64,000 nucleotides of DNA. Source: Caecitellus pseudoparvulus (Eukaryota > Protista > Bigyra: Bicosoecida). The notes below the pieces were generated by a model that saw only the letters and a program-made list of their open reading frames with translations, had not been told where the DNA came from and did not search any database. The stretch is taken from NCBI GenBank assembly GCA_965644315.1, contig CBFFRQ010000029.1:250548-314547 (forward strand), in the 5' to 3' direction. Shown here piece by piece: positions 25,401 through 36,705 of this stretch. The translations under genes and the position numbers were made by a program. Numbering within the stretch: position 1 is the stretch's first letter; every line of letters begins with the position of its first letter.

Positions 25401-28400
25401 ATCGACTGGGAATACAAGCCGCCTCCTGCGGGGTGGATCCCGCCCCGCCTGCACGGGCCCGGGTGCCGGTGCACTGTGGAGGCCACCCACCGCATCCAGC
25501 TGCTGCGCGTGGTGTCCCTGACCCTGGACCGGGCCGATTTCCGCAGCATGTGGGAGACGTGGCTGTCCAAGGCGCGGGGCTTCACGGTGTGGGAGCTGAC
25601 CATGCTGCAGGGCTTGGAGGCCGCCGGCGCCGCGTGGCAGGCCGACGAGCTGGACGCCGTCCCGACACACACGGAAGGCGGTGTCGCGTACATGGCCCCA
25701 GGGGCCGCTGGCCGTGTGGCTGCCGCCGCTGTGCGCCGGGCAACAGACGTCGGCGGATGGGAGGCGGCGGCCCTGGCGGCACTGCGCCTGCCCGGCTCTG
25801 CTGCCAGTGCCGTGGAGGCGGCGGAGGTGGCGGAGCTGTGTGCCAGTCGCCGGGCTGCCTTGGCCAACACTGTCTGCTCCCCCGCAGGCGCCGTGCTGGC
25901 CGAGACCAGCGCCCTGGCGTCGCAGTTGGAGACGGTGGTGCGGCGCAGTGAGCTGCTGGCGCGCGGCGCGGCTTGGGAGTGGGAGGCGTACCTGCCTATG
26001 CTGCGGCCGGGGCAGGAGCCGGAGGGCGCCAGCGGCATCATGGATGAGCAGGTGGCGCCGGTGTTCGGGGGGCATGGGCTGGGCGTGGGGGCCATGCAGT
26101 GCCTGTCCACGGACCCACGCCTGGGCAGTGTGGCGTGCCGGCCCGGCCTCGTGCAAGCGCTGCGGGGGGAAGGGCTGCTGGCGCCACACCAGCAGCACCA
26201 CGTGCCGCCCTTCCACCCCTGGCCCACACTGCCCCTGGCCCACGTGGCTGCGGCGCCCCCTGACGCCGCTGCGGGCAGTGCGCTGAGCACACCCCCCTAC
26301 CTGGCAGGCGCGGGCGCCACCCCCCAGCCGGGCCCCTTCCGTGTCTTCCCGGACGCCGCCCCCCGCGTCATGGGCTCGGCCCTGCACGAGACACCCCCCC
26401 TGGCCCTGACCCACACGGGCCGTGCGGAAGTGCGTCGGGTGCAGGGCCTGTTGGGCACGGCGGGCGCCCTGGCCACCGTGGGCGTCATGGACCCCGCCGA
26501 CGCAGGCAGCATGGGTGTGTCCGGGCGAGCCCTGCTCCTGGGCACGCTGTGCCTGCCGCATCCCTCCGACTGCGGCATTGACCTGGAGCCACACGTGCAG
26601 CCGTCACGCCAGTTAGCAGAGGAGGGGGAGGAGGCGGTGGGGCGGCGCCAACTGTACCCAGCCGGCCTGAGCGCCAAAAGAGCCATGGAGGGCGATGCGT
26701 GCCTGGGCACCATAGGGCGCATGCTGCTGGCGCTGCGAGGGCTGCCGTACCGCGCCCCCACCCGCTTCTGGGTGTCCTCCATCGTGCAGTCCGCCATCAG
26801 CCACGCGCCGACGGCCGTGCGGTGGTGGGCGGCGCGCTCTGGCGTCCTCACCCGCATGCTGGCAGACCTGGTGCTGGTGTTCGACCGCAGTGTGAAGCGG
26901 CAGCTGACAGCCCGGCAGGCGGCGGCGGGCCCGGGCCTGACAGCGCCCGGATCGGCAGACGACGGCAGCACGGCGCTGGGCGGGGACGGCTGCGGCGGCG
27001 TGACGGAGCGCCACCTCATGCAGAGCTGCCTGGACATCGTGGGCGTGGTGGTGAAGAACAACCCGCTGGGGCTGCGGCTGCTGGACCACCTCATGCCCCC
27101 CCCCGTCACGGCGGCGCTCCTGCGCCTGTCCCTGGAGCGCCCCGTGGACTCCAACGTCGCCATCCGCAACATCATGCTGACCATGTACTACGTCGGCGCA
27201 GGGCACAGTATGCGGCGGGTGGCGGAGGCTGGCCTGGCGCCGCCCCCGGACCTCACCCACCCCGCCCGCTTCATGGCCCTGCCCATCCTGCACGCGCAGT
27301 CGGCGCCCATCGCGCTGCCGGGGGGTCTGGACCCGTCCACCGTCTCCCCCACCACGCCCCTGCTGCCGGCGGACGCGGAGTCTGCTCTCATCTCTGCCCA
27401 GGGACCCTCCAACGGCCTGCCACGCTGGACCCTGGTCAGCCGGCGGCGGCCGGCGGCGGGGGGGCGGCTGGAGCTGCGGGGCACGGACCGCCTGGACTGG
27501 TTTGGCCAGCCACACGTGCCGCTGGAGGTGCCGCCCACTGTGGTGGACGCTCCCCCCGTCACGGCGGCGCTGCCTGGCGTGGAGGCTGAGCCCGTGGGGT
27601 GTGGCTTCTCGTGCACCCTGCACGCACACTGTGTGCCCCTCGTGTACCTGCTCATGGGCGGCATCGCCAGCGCCCAGGAAGTCACGCAGGAGAACCTGTG
27701 CACGCTGAACAGCGCCATTCTGCACTTTGTGCTGGCCCACGCGCAAGGCCGCCTGCCGGGCCTCGTGGCCGCTGTGCGGGCGTACGCCGCGGCGGTGGAG
27801 GCGGAAGACTTGAGCCCTGGCGCCCTGGACGCCGCTGCCGTTGAGCGGGAGAGCGGCGTGGCCCCCGACTCGCCGCCGATGTGGTTGCCCACGGTTCGCT
27901 CCCTGGCGGCCTACCTGCACCAGCAGGGGGCGGAGTACGGCGTGCCGGACGTGGACAGTGACGACGAGGAGGGCACAGCTCTGCTGGAGGCCTCTGGCGC
28001 CGCCGCTGCCACCTCTGCTGCCCCTGGCGACCATGAAGATGACGCGGAGGAGAAGGAGGAGGGGGGGGAGCCGTCCGCCTACCAGGCGGCCGTGTCCTCT
28101 TCCCGCCATGCCCGGGCCCACAGCCGGCCCACGCCGCAGCCTCAGCGCACGGGGCAACCCAGCAAGGGCACACTGGGGCAGTTCGAAGGCCTGCTGCGGT
28201 TCTGGCTGCAGCACTACAAGGCTCTGGATCGGGACCGGCCGTCGCTGCTGGTGTCCACGGGGTTCGCGTACGAGGCGTGGGTGGAGACGGTGCTGCTGCT
28301 GCTGGGACAGTGGACGCGTGAGGCAGCCCCGCCCGCGCCCCTGCACCACCTGTCCAGTGCCCCCCTCGACATGCCCACGCCGCCCCCCCTGTCGGCGCAC

Positions 28401-28487
28401 CGAGGACTGTCCTGGCTGCACCCTGCGGAATTCGGCGCCACCGCCCTGGCCGCCGAAGCGTACAGAGCCGCCAGCGCGCTGCTGTGA
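22463..28487 (+). CDS. TRPC4AP: TRPC4AP/TRUSS-like protein with long low-complexity insertions
   Basis: ATG 22463, intron 22691-22763; ordered TRPC4AP-like blocks LHGPGCRCT..RIQLLR, RFWVSSIVQS, LMQSCLDIVGVVVKNN, PVDSNVAIRNIML, VTQENLCTLNSAI, FEGLLRFWLQHY..RDR. Confidence 0.78.
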
Positions 28488-28488
28488 A

Positions 28489-28502
28489 AATGCACCTGCA
28501 TT
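28489..28502. terminator. Back-to-back AATGCA / TGCATT, candidate 3'-processing signals for two convergent genes
   Basis: The 17-nt spacer between the TRPC4AP stop (28487) and the Tim44-WW stop (28505) is essentially AATGCA-CC-TGCATT, one motif per strand; the same motif follows most stops in the window. Confidence 0.55.
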
Positions 28503-28504
28503 GG

Positions 28505-29542
28505 TTACGGCATCCACCCTGCGATCTGCCACACGCTGCCCTCCGCCGCGCCTCTCTCCCACGTCACGAAGCTCACGGCTCGCATGGTGGGAGTGCCGCC
28601 GGCCGCGGCGTCGTCGGGCAGTTCCTCCAGTTCCGCAGGCGCCGTGGCGGGGTTGAAGGGGGTGTCGGCGCCCACGCTGCCCAGCACAGACGGCGCCTCC
28701 CACTCCACGCTTCCCGAGCCTTCGTTCCAGTAGTACACGTGGCCTGAGGAGGGGTCGGCCACTGGGCGCCAGGGGGTGCCGGGAGGGGGTCCGCCACTGC
28801 CCTGCCCACTGCGGCCTGCGCGGCCCCGGCGAGACTTGGACCCCTTGCCATCGCCCTTGGGCAAGGGCAGGCTCACTGGCAGCTCCCGTGTCACCAGGCG
28901 CGCTGTCAGCTGGAAGTGTGTCGGGTGCGGCATTTGGCTGATGGAGCGGGTGAGCGAGTCGCCGTAAATGACTCGCGCCTGCACCACCTTCACGGGCTCC
29001 AGCAGGCTCAACACGTCGAAGCCCAGCACGGCGCCGTGTGCGCGCTGGCTGGCCGCCAAGCCGGCCTTTGCAGACTGCAGGGTGGGGGGGGGCGTGCGTG
29101 AGCACATCAGCCTGCGCAGTGCACGCCGGCGCAGGTCCGCACCATGAACATGGGCCCAGTGCACACCTCCTTCAGCGCCTCCTCGTCACCCCTCACGTAG
29201 TACATGTGGAACGCCTGGTATGTGTCCTGCGCGAGGGCACGGCGTGGCGGCTCAGCGTGTGGAGGTGCTCGTCTGAGCTGCGGAAATCGAAACACGCACG
29301 GGGGCGATTTCCTGCTCAAACAGCTTCGCACTAAAGTCTGGGAACTGCGTCTCCACGCGACTGCGGGCCCAGTATGTCGCCCAGTCCGCCGACTGCTTGC
29401 GCATGGTGGACCGCAGGGGGCCCAACAAGGACGCCCGACTGCTGGCTGCCGCCAAGGGTCCGCTGGGCAGCACATCGAAGAGGCGGCCGGTGGACTGCCG
29501 GGCCGCCTGCGCCGCTGCGCTGATGGCCTTCTGGTACGCCAT
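28505..29542 (-). CDS. Mitochondrial Tim44/MRPL45-like domain protein with inserted WW domain
   Basis: ATG 29542 with an Arg/Ala/Ser-rich N-terminus; introns 29299-29227 and 29142-29075; PDFSAKLFEQ..YQAFH..GDEEALKEVCT..VKVVQARV..FQLTARL..VTWER..WQIAG (Tim44-like); WW: WRPVADPSSGHVYYWNEGSGSVEWEAP. Confidence 0.72.
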
Positions 29543-30026
29543 GGTGGGTGGCGTGGCGTGCGTTGGTGTGCAGCGTGTCGCTGGCGCGTCGCGGGAGGGC
29601 GTGGGAAGTGTGTGCCGGCGAGAGGCGGACGCCGAGGGCCAACGGGCGGAACGGGGGGGGGCGGGCCCAGCGCCCTGCCCCGTGACATTTCGCAGTATCG
29701 CACACTCCTCTCCGTTAACACCGTGCCCCACGACCCTGGAGCTGCAGGCCTGCAGCCCACTCGAACCCGCCAGAGCCGTGCACCTGTGCAGGGTGCGCCT
29801 TGCTCGCTGCAATTTCCGCCGTTCCCGACCAGCTCAGCGCCCCGCGCTGCGGCACGCAGCCGCCTGTCGACACTGCCCACCCTGCGCAAATCAATGTAAG
29901 TGGCTGCAGCCTTGCCTGGTCACCACGGTAGCTTGCGCTGCCGAGGGCCACCTCGGCAGCCTGTGCGACGTGGCGCGTGTCGTGGCGCAGGCAGTGGCGA
30001 CACGCTTGCCCCTCCCCCCCCCACAG

Positions 30027-31148
30027 ATGGCGCTGACGGCGAAGCACCTCACCATCGCGGGTGTGGTGGCCTTTTACTTCTTCGTTTCCATCTCCCTCGT
30101 CTTCACGAACAAGGTACTGCTCAGCGACGACAGCCTCAGCGTGCCTGCGCCCATGTTCGTGACGTGGTTCCAGTGCGTCGTCACAGTCGCCGTGTGCTGG
30201 GCCCTGGGCAAGGCCGGCAAGGGCGCCGCCCAGGGCAGCTTCCTGTCCCAGTTCCCCGAGTTCGTGCTGGACTGGGGCGTCGCGTACAAAGTGCTGCCTC
30301 TCAGCTGCATCTTCGTGGGCATGGTCATGTTCAACAACCTCACGCTGAAGTTCGTGGAGGTGTCCTTCTACAACGTCGCGCGCTCCCTCACCATCGTCTT
30401 CAACGTCGTCTTCACGTACCTGCTGCTGGGCTCCACCACCTCCCTCGCCACCCTGGGCACTCTCGCCGTCGTCATCCTGGGCTTCCTGGTGGGCACCAAG
30501 GGGGAGGTGAACTTCTCACTGGTCGGCACACTGTTCGGCGTCGCCGCCTCCGCCTTTGTGTCCCTGAACTCCATCTACACGCGCAAGACGCTGCCGGCAG
30601 TGGGGGAGGACAAGTGGTTGCTCACCGCCTACAACAACGTCAACGCAGTGCTCATCTTCATCCCCCTCATCCTGCTGTCGGGGGAGGCCACACTGCTCAC
30701 GGAGTACACCACGACGCTGCAGAACCCCGTGTTCTGGGGCGCCATGCTGGTGTCGGGCGCCTTCGGCACGCTCATCGGCATCGCCACCGTGCTGCAGATC
30801 CAGACCACCTCCCCCCTCACCCACAACATCAGCGGCACGGCCAAGGCCGCCGTGCAGAGCATCCTGGCGGTGCAGATCTGGCAGAACGAGATGACGGCCG
30901 CCGCGTGGATCGGCCTGGCCATGGTGCTGGGCGGCTCCCTTGCCTACGCTTACGTGCGGAAATTGGAGATGGACGCCGCAGACGCCCAAGGACCCCCTGC
31001 CAAGGGCGCCCCCGCCGCCGCTGCCCCTGCCCCAGCAGCGGTGTCCTCTGCTGCACCCTCCTCCGATGTGGGGGACGAATTTGGCACGGGTGTGACGGAG
31101 GATGAGGAGGCGCCCCTGCTGAAGGCGCGTGGCGACGGCGCTGTGTGA
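30027..31148 (+). CDS. SLC35C1: GDP-fucose transporter (SLC35C1-like, TPT/DMT family)
   Basis: ATG 30027 after a probable 5'UTR intron 29896-30026; YFFVSISLVFTNK, APMFVTWFQC, NNLTLKFVEVSFYNVARSLT, IQTTSPLTHNISGTAKA; about 10 TM segments. Confidence 0.92.
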   Translation: MALTAKHLTIAGVVAFYFFVSISLVFTNKVLLSDDSLSVPAPMFVTWFQCVVTVAVCWALGKAGKGAAQGSFLSQFPEFVLDWGVAYKVLPLSCIFVGMVMFNNLTLKFVEVSFYNVARSLTIVFNVVFTYLLLGSTTSLATLGTLAVVILGFLVGTKGEVNFSLVGTLFGVAASAFVSLNSIYTRKTLPAVGEDKWLLTAYNNVNAVLIFIPLILLSGEATLLTEYTTTLQNPVFWGAMLVSGAFGTLIGIATVLQIQTTSPLTHNISGTAKAAVQSILAVQIWQNEMTAAAWIGLAMVLGGSLAYAYVRKLEMDAADAQGPPAKGAPAAAAPAPAAVSSAAPSSDVGDEFGTGVTEDEEAPLLKARGDGAV

Positions 31149-31181
31149 CGTGCGCTCGCCGCGCCTGCATTGGAGGCGCCC

Positions 31182-31984
31182 TCACGGCCCCAACGGCACC
31201 TGCGCCGCTGCCGCGTACGCTTCAATGCACTTGCGTGTCTCTTCACTGTCAGCCTCGGCAGCCTGCGCGGCCAGACACACGCCCCAGGCAGCACCCTGCT
31301 CTGGCGGCAGCATGCCCCCCCACACACGAGCCTTGTGCGCTGGCAGCGCAGCCATGACCACGGCCACCCACGCTGACCGCAGGGGGGGCGGCGCCTCTGC
31401 CAACACCACGCCCATCTCCCCCAGCACGCTGCCTTCCTCCGCCTTGCCCTCGAACCAGCCCTGCCACGCGGCCGGGTCAGTGCACTGCAGCAGCTGCAGG
31501 CGGTCGCCTGCGCCACGCCGCGCAGCCCACGCAGACAGAAACGACCGTGCAGAGGTGGCTGGGGCCGTGGATGGCGTGGAGGCGCCCTGGGCAGGGGCCC
31601 CTGCACGCCGCCGCCGCCGCCCCAGCCCTGACCGCCCCACGCTGGGCGCCGCCGTAGTGCTCTGCACACCCTGCAACGCGGCGTTTCGGATGGGCGGGAA
31701 CTTCTTGACGGCGTTGCCGGCCAGGACCTCCATGTCCTTTTGCGACACGGGCTTCTGGTTGGCACAGGCCACCAGGTTCCGGAACGCGTCGTACGACGGC
31801 GCAGTCAGGATGGCACGCTTCTTCATCTCGTCTGTCGCGTACCGCCTGCGCTCCGTCTCGACAGCTGCGAGCCACGCAGCGGCAGGGTCCTGTTGACCTG
31901 CATGAGTGCTGCACACCACTGCGTCTCACCTGTGGCAAGTTCCTTCTCGATTCCGCTGATGTCATACTGCCTCGCGTCGGCCAT
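31182..31984 (-). CDS. CCDC103: CCDC103 / dynein attachment factor (DNAAF19)
   Basis: ATG 31984, intron 31929-31865 gives YDISGIEKELATAVETERRRYATDEMKKRAILTAPSYDAFRNLVACANQKP (Dynein_attach_N-like), followed by an RPAP3_C-like helical region. Confidence 0.82.
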
Positions 31985-32178
31985 GGCAGCGCCGGAAAGT
32001 CTGGGAAAAACGCTGCCGTTTCGACTGAAACGCCAGCACGCCAGGCACCCCCTGAGCTCCAGTCAGGAGCCTACAGATGGTGGATTCGACGTGTACGTGG
32101 AAAGTGTTCCCACCTTGCAAGTGTGCGCCGAGTTCCTCGACCGCATCATTGTGCTGCACATGCATTAGTGCCGCCGCT

Positions 32179-33094
32179 TCACCAGCGCGACTCGATCCAC
32201 TGGTTCCCCACGGCAGTCGTCTGCGGCGTGAGCAGCGTGCCCGTCTCCACCCCGCCAGCGCTGTGCAGCTCCAGGGCCTTCTTGGCAATGTCTGCCGGGC
32301 TGGTCCACGTGGAGGTGTCTGCGCCCGGCATGCCAGCGCGGTTGCCCGGCGTGTCGATGGTGAGGGGCAGAATGCCCACGACGGTGGCTGACGGCAGCCC
32401 ACCCGCCGCCAGGCTGGCCACCAGCTGGTGCGTCGCAGCCTTGGCCATGCCGTACCCGATCATGCCGGGTGTGCCAGCCCTGGCGGCTTCGGACCCCGTC
32501 AGCACCAGCGTGCCTTGAGGCCGCAACAGCGTGCTGGCGAGGTGGGCTGCCAGGACACTGCTCTGGATGCAAGCGTGGTACATGGCCTCCACGCCGTCAA
32601 AGACACTGTCAGAGCTGATGTCCCCGCCAGCCCACCCTCCAGCCGTGCAAAACACCATGTCAAAGGTGCCTCTGAGGGGTGAGGGGGGGGGCAGGTGCTC
32701 GCGCCGCCGGTGCAGGGGCACCCAGGCCACTCACGGCTCATGTGCAGCCAGAATGTGCTTCTTGAGCTCCGCAGAAGCCTCCTTCATGGGCAGGTCGGGA
32801 GACACGGAGTAGCTTTCCTGCGCTCCTTGTGCCGTGCTGTGGTGAGGGCAGGGGGGGGGCTGCGGTGTGGCGTGTTGATCCAGTTTCCGCAGGAGTCCGC
32901 CCGCCTCACTTGACGTCGCAAGACACCGTGTGCCACTGCTCCGCGTTGAAGAGCTGCAGAGCTGCCTGTCCCAGAGCGCCCCCGCCCCCGTACACCAGCA
33001 CCTTTGGCTGCACGCCAGCGCTGGCAGACGTGGCGAGGTGCCGCAGTGCGCCGGCCTGGCGCCTTGCGCTGGCCGCCACTGCTGCCCGAAGCAT
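32179..33094 (-). CDS. QDPR: Dihydropteridine reductase (SDR) with N-terminal mitochondrial-type presequence
   Basis: ATG 33094; introns 32909-32837 and 32734-32672; KVLVYGGGGALG, FCTAGGWAGG, GTPGMIGYGMAKAATHQLV, ILPLTIDTPGNRAGMPGADTSTWT. Confidence 0.93.
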
Positions 33095-33206
33095 GATGAA
33101 GTGCTCTCTCCGCGACCACGCCGGCAGTGTGTGCTCGCTGTGACCAGTGCGAGGCTGGGTGTGGCTCAAGAACGTCTTGGATTGTGAGGGAGCCGCGGCT
33201 TCGTGA

Positions 33207-34492
33207 TCACTCGGCAGCTGCTTCTGCCGCCGACACAGCCATGGCAAGAGCCCCCGCCTTCGTCTCGTTGCCGCCAATGAACCCCGCAGCGTGCACGAAG
33301 ATGCAGCCGGGGATGCCAGTGACACCGCTCAGCTCCTCGTCCCGCGCCCCGCGCCACGCAGCCGGCAGCGGCTTGCGGTTTTTGAAGGAGCCACGCTCCG
33401 CAGGCACTGCTTGCAGCCGCCACTTGCCCCGGGTGTCGGGGTACACGACGTACTTCAGCTGCCCAGCAGGCGCAGCACCCTCAGCCTCCAGGTCGAAGAT
33501 GTGCCCCTGCCAGGGGCAGTACTGCTCCAGCACCATGACCTGGCCACTGGCGTGCACGCTGGGCGCCTGCGCCAACGCAGCAGCCACCAGAGTGCGTGCC
33601 GGCAGCCAGTCCTGCGCGTAGCCCGCGACGATCTGCACGAACTCGGTCACGGTGACCTTCACTGCTTCCTTGAACGCCGCCATTTCCGCTTCCTCGCTGT
33701 GGGGCTGGTGCCACTTGAGGTTCAGGCGTTTCACGCGGCTGGCTAGGTCGGTGCTGATGGTGTACTTGGCCGAGGCGCCGCCGCCAGGCCCCTGGCACAC
33801 CATGTCCACGCCGTTGTCGATGGCGTCCACCTCCTGGATGAGGCCTTCGTACATCTTGCCCACCAGGACGGTCAGGTCAGCCTCGCTGAGCGTGGGGCCG
33901 GCACCCCCCTGCGCCGCTGCCGCCTGCACCACCTCTGCGCCGAAGTGCTTGAAAATGAGCCCTGCAGAAGACAGGCGGATGTCGTGCTCGTCGTCGTAGC
34001 TGTCCTGGAACTCTGGCTGGTGGTGGTCGAAGCGCTTGGCCTCGGGGTCGTACGTGCCGCCGACGTCCAGCACGATGGCGGCGCCGTCGATGTCCTCAGT
34101 CTTGCGAGTGCGAACGAGCGGCATGCTGGCGTACTGCGGCAGCAACTTCAGCATGCCCACACCCAGTGCCTCGTCGCAGTGGAAGCTTCCGTGGTGTGTG
34201 CACATGTACTCCGCGTCCTGAGCGCAGCGGGTGAGGGCTGGAGGTGGACAAGGTGGGGCTGGCACGCCGTGGGCGTGGAGCAATTTCCGCGCCGAGCCAC
34301 TGCGCGCTGCCGCTGCCATGCACACACCGCAGGGGGGGTCCCCGTGACGGGGGTGCTGTCGATGGTGGTGTACAGCTCCTGCATGAAGCCCTGCCGGTCC
34401 GTGCGCGGCCGCTTGGCCTCGGAAGCAGCAGCCATGGTCAGCAGCCGAGCGTGTTTCTGCACAACCAAGCTCGCCGCACGCCGCGCCAGCAT
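33207..34492 (-). CDS. MYG1: MYG1 (UPF0160) metal-dependent exonuclease
   Basis: ATG 34492, intron 34327-34218; THHGSFHCDEAL, VRTR, VLDVGGTYDP..RFDHHQ, LSSAGLIFKHFG, EVDAIDNGV, GCIFVHAAGFIGGN. Confidence 0.95.
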
Positions 34493-34652
34493 CCTGTGCT
34501 TGCCCCGAGCCTGTGTGCGCGTGTCACACAAGCAAAACGAAACCTGGAAAACTTAGCGTGGTCGGTCAAGAGTGGGCGTCGGCTGCATGTGTGCCCCGGC
34601 CACCAGGCCAGAGCTGCTCGAGTTGCCGTCTGCATTTGAAGCGAGTGGAGCC

Positions 34653-36053
34653 ATGAGCTCGGGCGGCGCTGCAGCTGCGCTGCCGAGCGAGCCTCGTCCC
34701 CGCCCGCGCTTCGCCAAGAAACTCTCCTCTCTTCTACACCGCAAAGCCAAGCGCAGCACTTCCCCGGCTCCCTTTGGCACGTCAGGTGCGCATGGGGTGG
34801 CCGGGAGTTTCACGCCGTAACGCTGCCGCACTCTCCCTTGCCTGCTCCCACTGCGCAGCGCCCACTGGCCGCGAGAGCTCTAAGTGGAGTGTGCGCAAGA
34901 TGGGCAAATACGTTGTCGGGGAGCCGCGCTCCGCTCCTCTTCTGAGCGGCGCTCAGGCACCGCCACGAGACGGCCGAGCCAGGGTCGCCAAGCGCACAGC
35001 AGGCCCAGGCAAGCGGCGGCGCAGGAAGCCCACCCGCCGCAGGTCTGCCGCCACACACAGCAGCGACAGCTCCGGGTGGACTGTGCCCACCCAGCCCGCT
35101 GCTGCAGCTCCCCGAACCAGCCAGGACAGTGTGCAGGCGACATCCTACGCGCCGTCCCACCACATCCGTCTACACGTCCGATCCCCGCCACGCAGCGACA
35201 CGCCCTCCCGAGCCAGCAGCAGCGGCCGGGGCGGCGCAGTGCAGGCCCTTCCCTCCTCGGCACGACGAGTTGCTACGCCGCCAGATGGGGGTCACGGCGC
35301 CCACCACATGCCGGTGCCGCCTCCGGGGTACACCTGGAGACTGACGCCCGCAGGTGAGAGGGGGCGGCCTGAGGGGGGGCGGGGTGGCGCTGCGCAGGAC
35401 GCTGTGCCTGAGCCTGCCCCCGGCCCCGGCGCCCAGCACGTGTCTATTTGGAACAACCACACATTCACCGTGCCGCAGGGCGGGGGAGCGGGGCCCCCCC
35501 CCGTGCACCGCACACCCCCCCCTCGCAAGCACATGCCCCGACCCACACCCGTGCGCCTGCACCCCTGCCCTGCGCCGCGCACACCACGCCCCCCCCCGTC
35601 CACACGGCAGTGCAAACCTCCCCGGCAGGCACACCCACCCACCCCGCTGGACAGACGAGTCAACCGCCCTCCCCCCCCGACCAGCCAGCTGAGTCACGGG
35701 AGCCCCCGGTCGCGGCAGTCCACGTGGCTCGTCTGGGCGCCATACAGGCCCTGCTAGCACGTGCCCCAGAGCGGCGGTGTCTGACGCCTGACAGCTTGGA
35801 GGGGGGCGGAGGGGGTGTCGCTCTGGACACCACCGCCCCGCCCCCCCAACAACAGCAGCCCCTGGCTGTGGCGTCACCCCGCTCCCTACAAGCGTCAGAG
35901 TCCACCCTGCCTGCTGTAGGTGGGGGTGGGGTGGGCTCGGCGCACACGCCACCTCGCAGTGCTGTGCCGGAGGTGGGTGCCGACCTGCTGCAGCTGGCGG
36001 CAGGCGACAGCGACGTTGGTGCGATCACAGACCTGGACACGTCAGGTCAGGGG

Positions 36054-36086
<33 letters not shown>

Positions 36087-36551
36087 GCGTGGGGCGGGGG
36101 CCAGGTGGGGTGGGGGGGCGGTCTCCCCCCCACGGACACGACACACTCGACGGCCAGCGACTCCACGCCCCCTTCCGGTGCTGACGCATTCTCCCTGGGC
36201 TGGTCAGGCAGCGACACATCCAGTGTCGACGCCAGGGCGCCGCCGCCCCCCTCGCTTGACATGCACTTGCCCGCCACCCCGGCATCCCGGACCCCGCCGC
36301 CGCCGCACTGCCTTGCAGCTCCCAGCCTGGTGCTGTGGTGTGAACAGGCCACTCGCAGCCTGGTGGCCCTGGAGAGCAGCGTGGGCGGCGCCGTGGCGCT
36401 GCTGGGTGCCATGGCGCAGCAGCACAGTGGGCACAGGCGGCGCAGGCGGCGCCTGCAGCGTATGGCTCGGCATGTTCGGCGGGCTGAGGGGCTGGTGCGG
36501 GACATGGGGCAGACTGGCGCAGCCCTCAGTGCAATGGTGCGAGCAATGTAA
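34653..36551 (+). CDS. Hypothetical low-complexity Pro/Ser/Arg-rich protein
   Basis: ATG 34653; GT-AG introns 34786-34858 and 35354-35478 join ORFs 34774..35757 and 35448..36551 in frame; short C-terminal helical region; no family recognised. Confidence 0.5.
36057..36083 (+). repeat. (AGC)9 microsatellite (poly-Ser)
   Basis: Perfect trinucleotide run seen directly in the sequence. Confidence 0.85.
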
Positions 36552-36705
36552 ATCTGGACGCGACCTGGACGCACGCACCTGCAGCTGCCTTGCTGCGCCC
36601 CAAGCGCACACAGCCGGCGATCACCAGCGAGCCGCAGTGCCTCGTGCGACAAGCCGTGCTTGTGCCTGGGCAGGCGTGCCGCCTTCCGCAGCGCGCCCAG
36701 GAGCC

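Noticed and set aside
23111-26290. 1059-aa antisense ORF and the many other long overlapping ORFs
   Set aside because: Shadow ORFs expected opposite GC-rich coding sequence; low-complexity Ala/Arg/Ser translations with no motifs.
4191-31984. Functional clustering of two dynein assembly factors and two CUL4-DDB1 receptors
   Set aside because: They are 18-23 kb apart among unrelated genes; chance co-occurrence in a dense genome is sufficient.
35494-35502. Apparent frameshift at a C9 run between ORFs 34774..35757 and 35448..36551
   Set aside because: A canonical GT-AG intron 35354-35478 joins the frames, so no programmed frameshift is needed.
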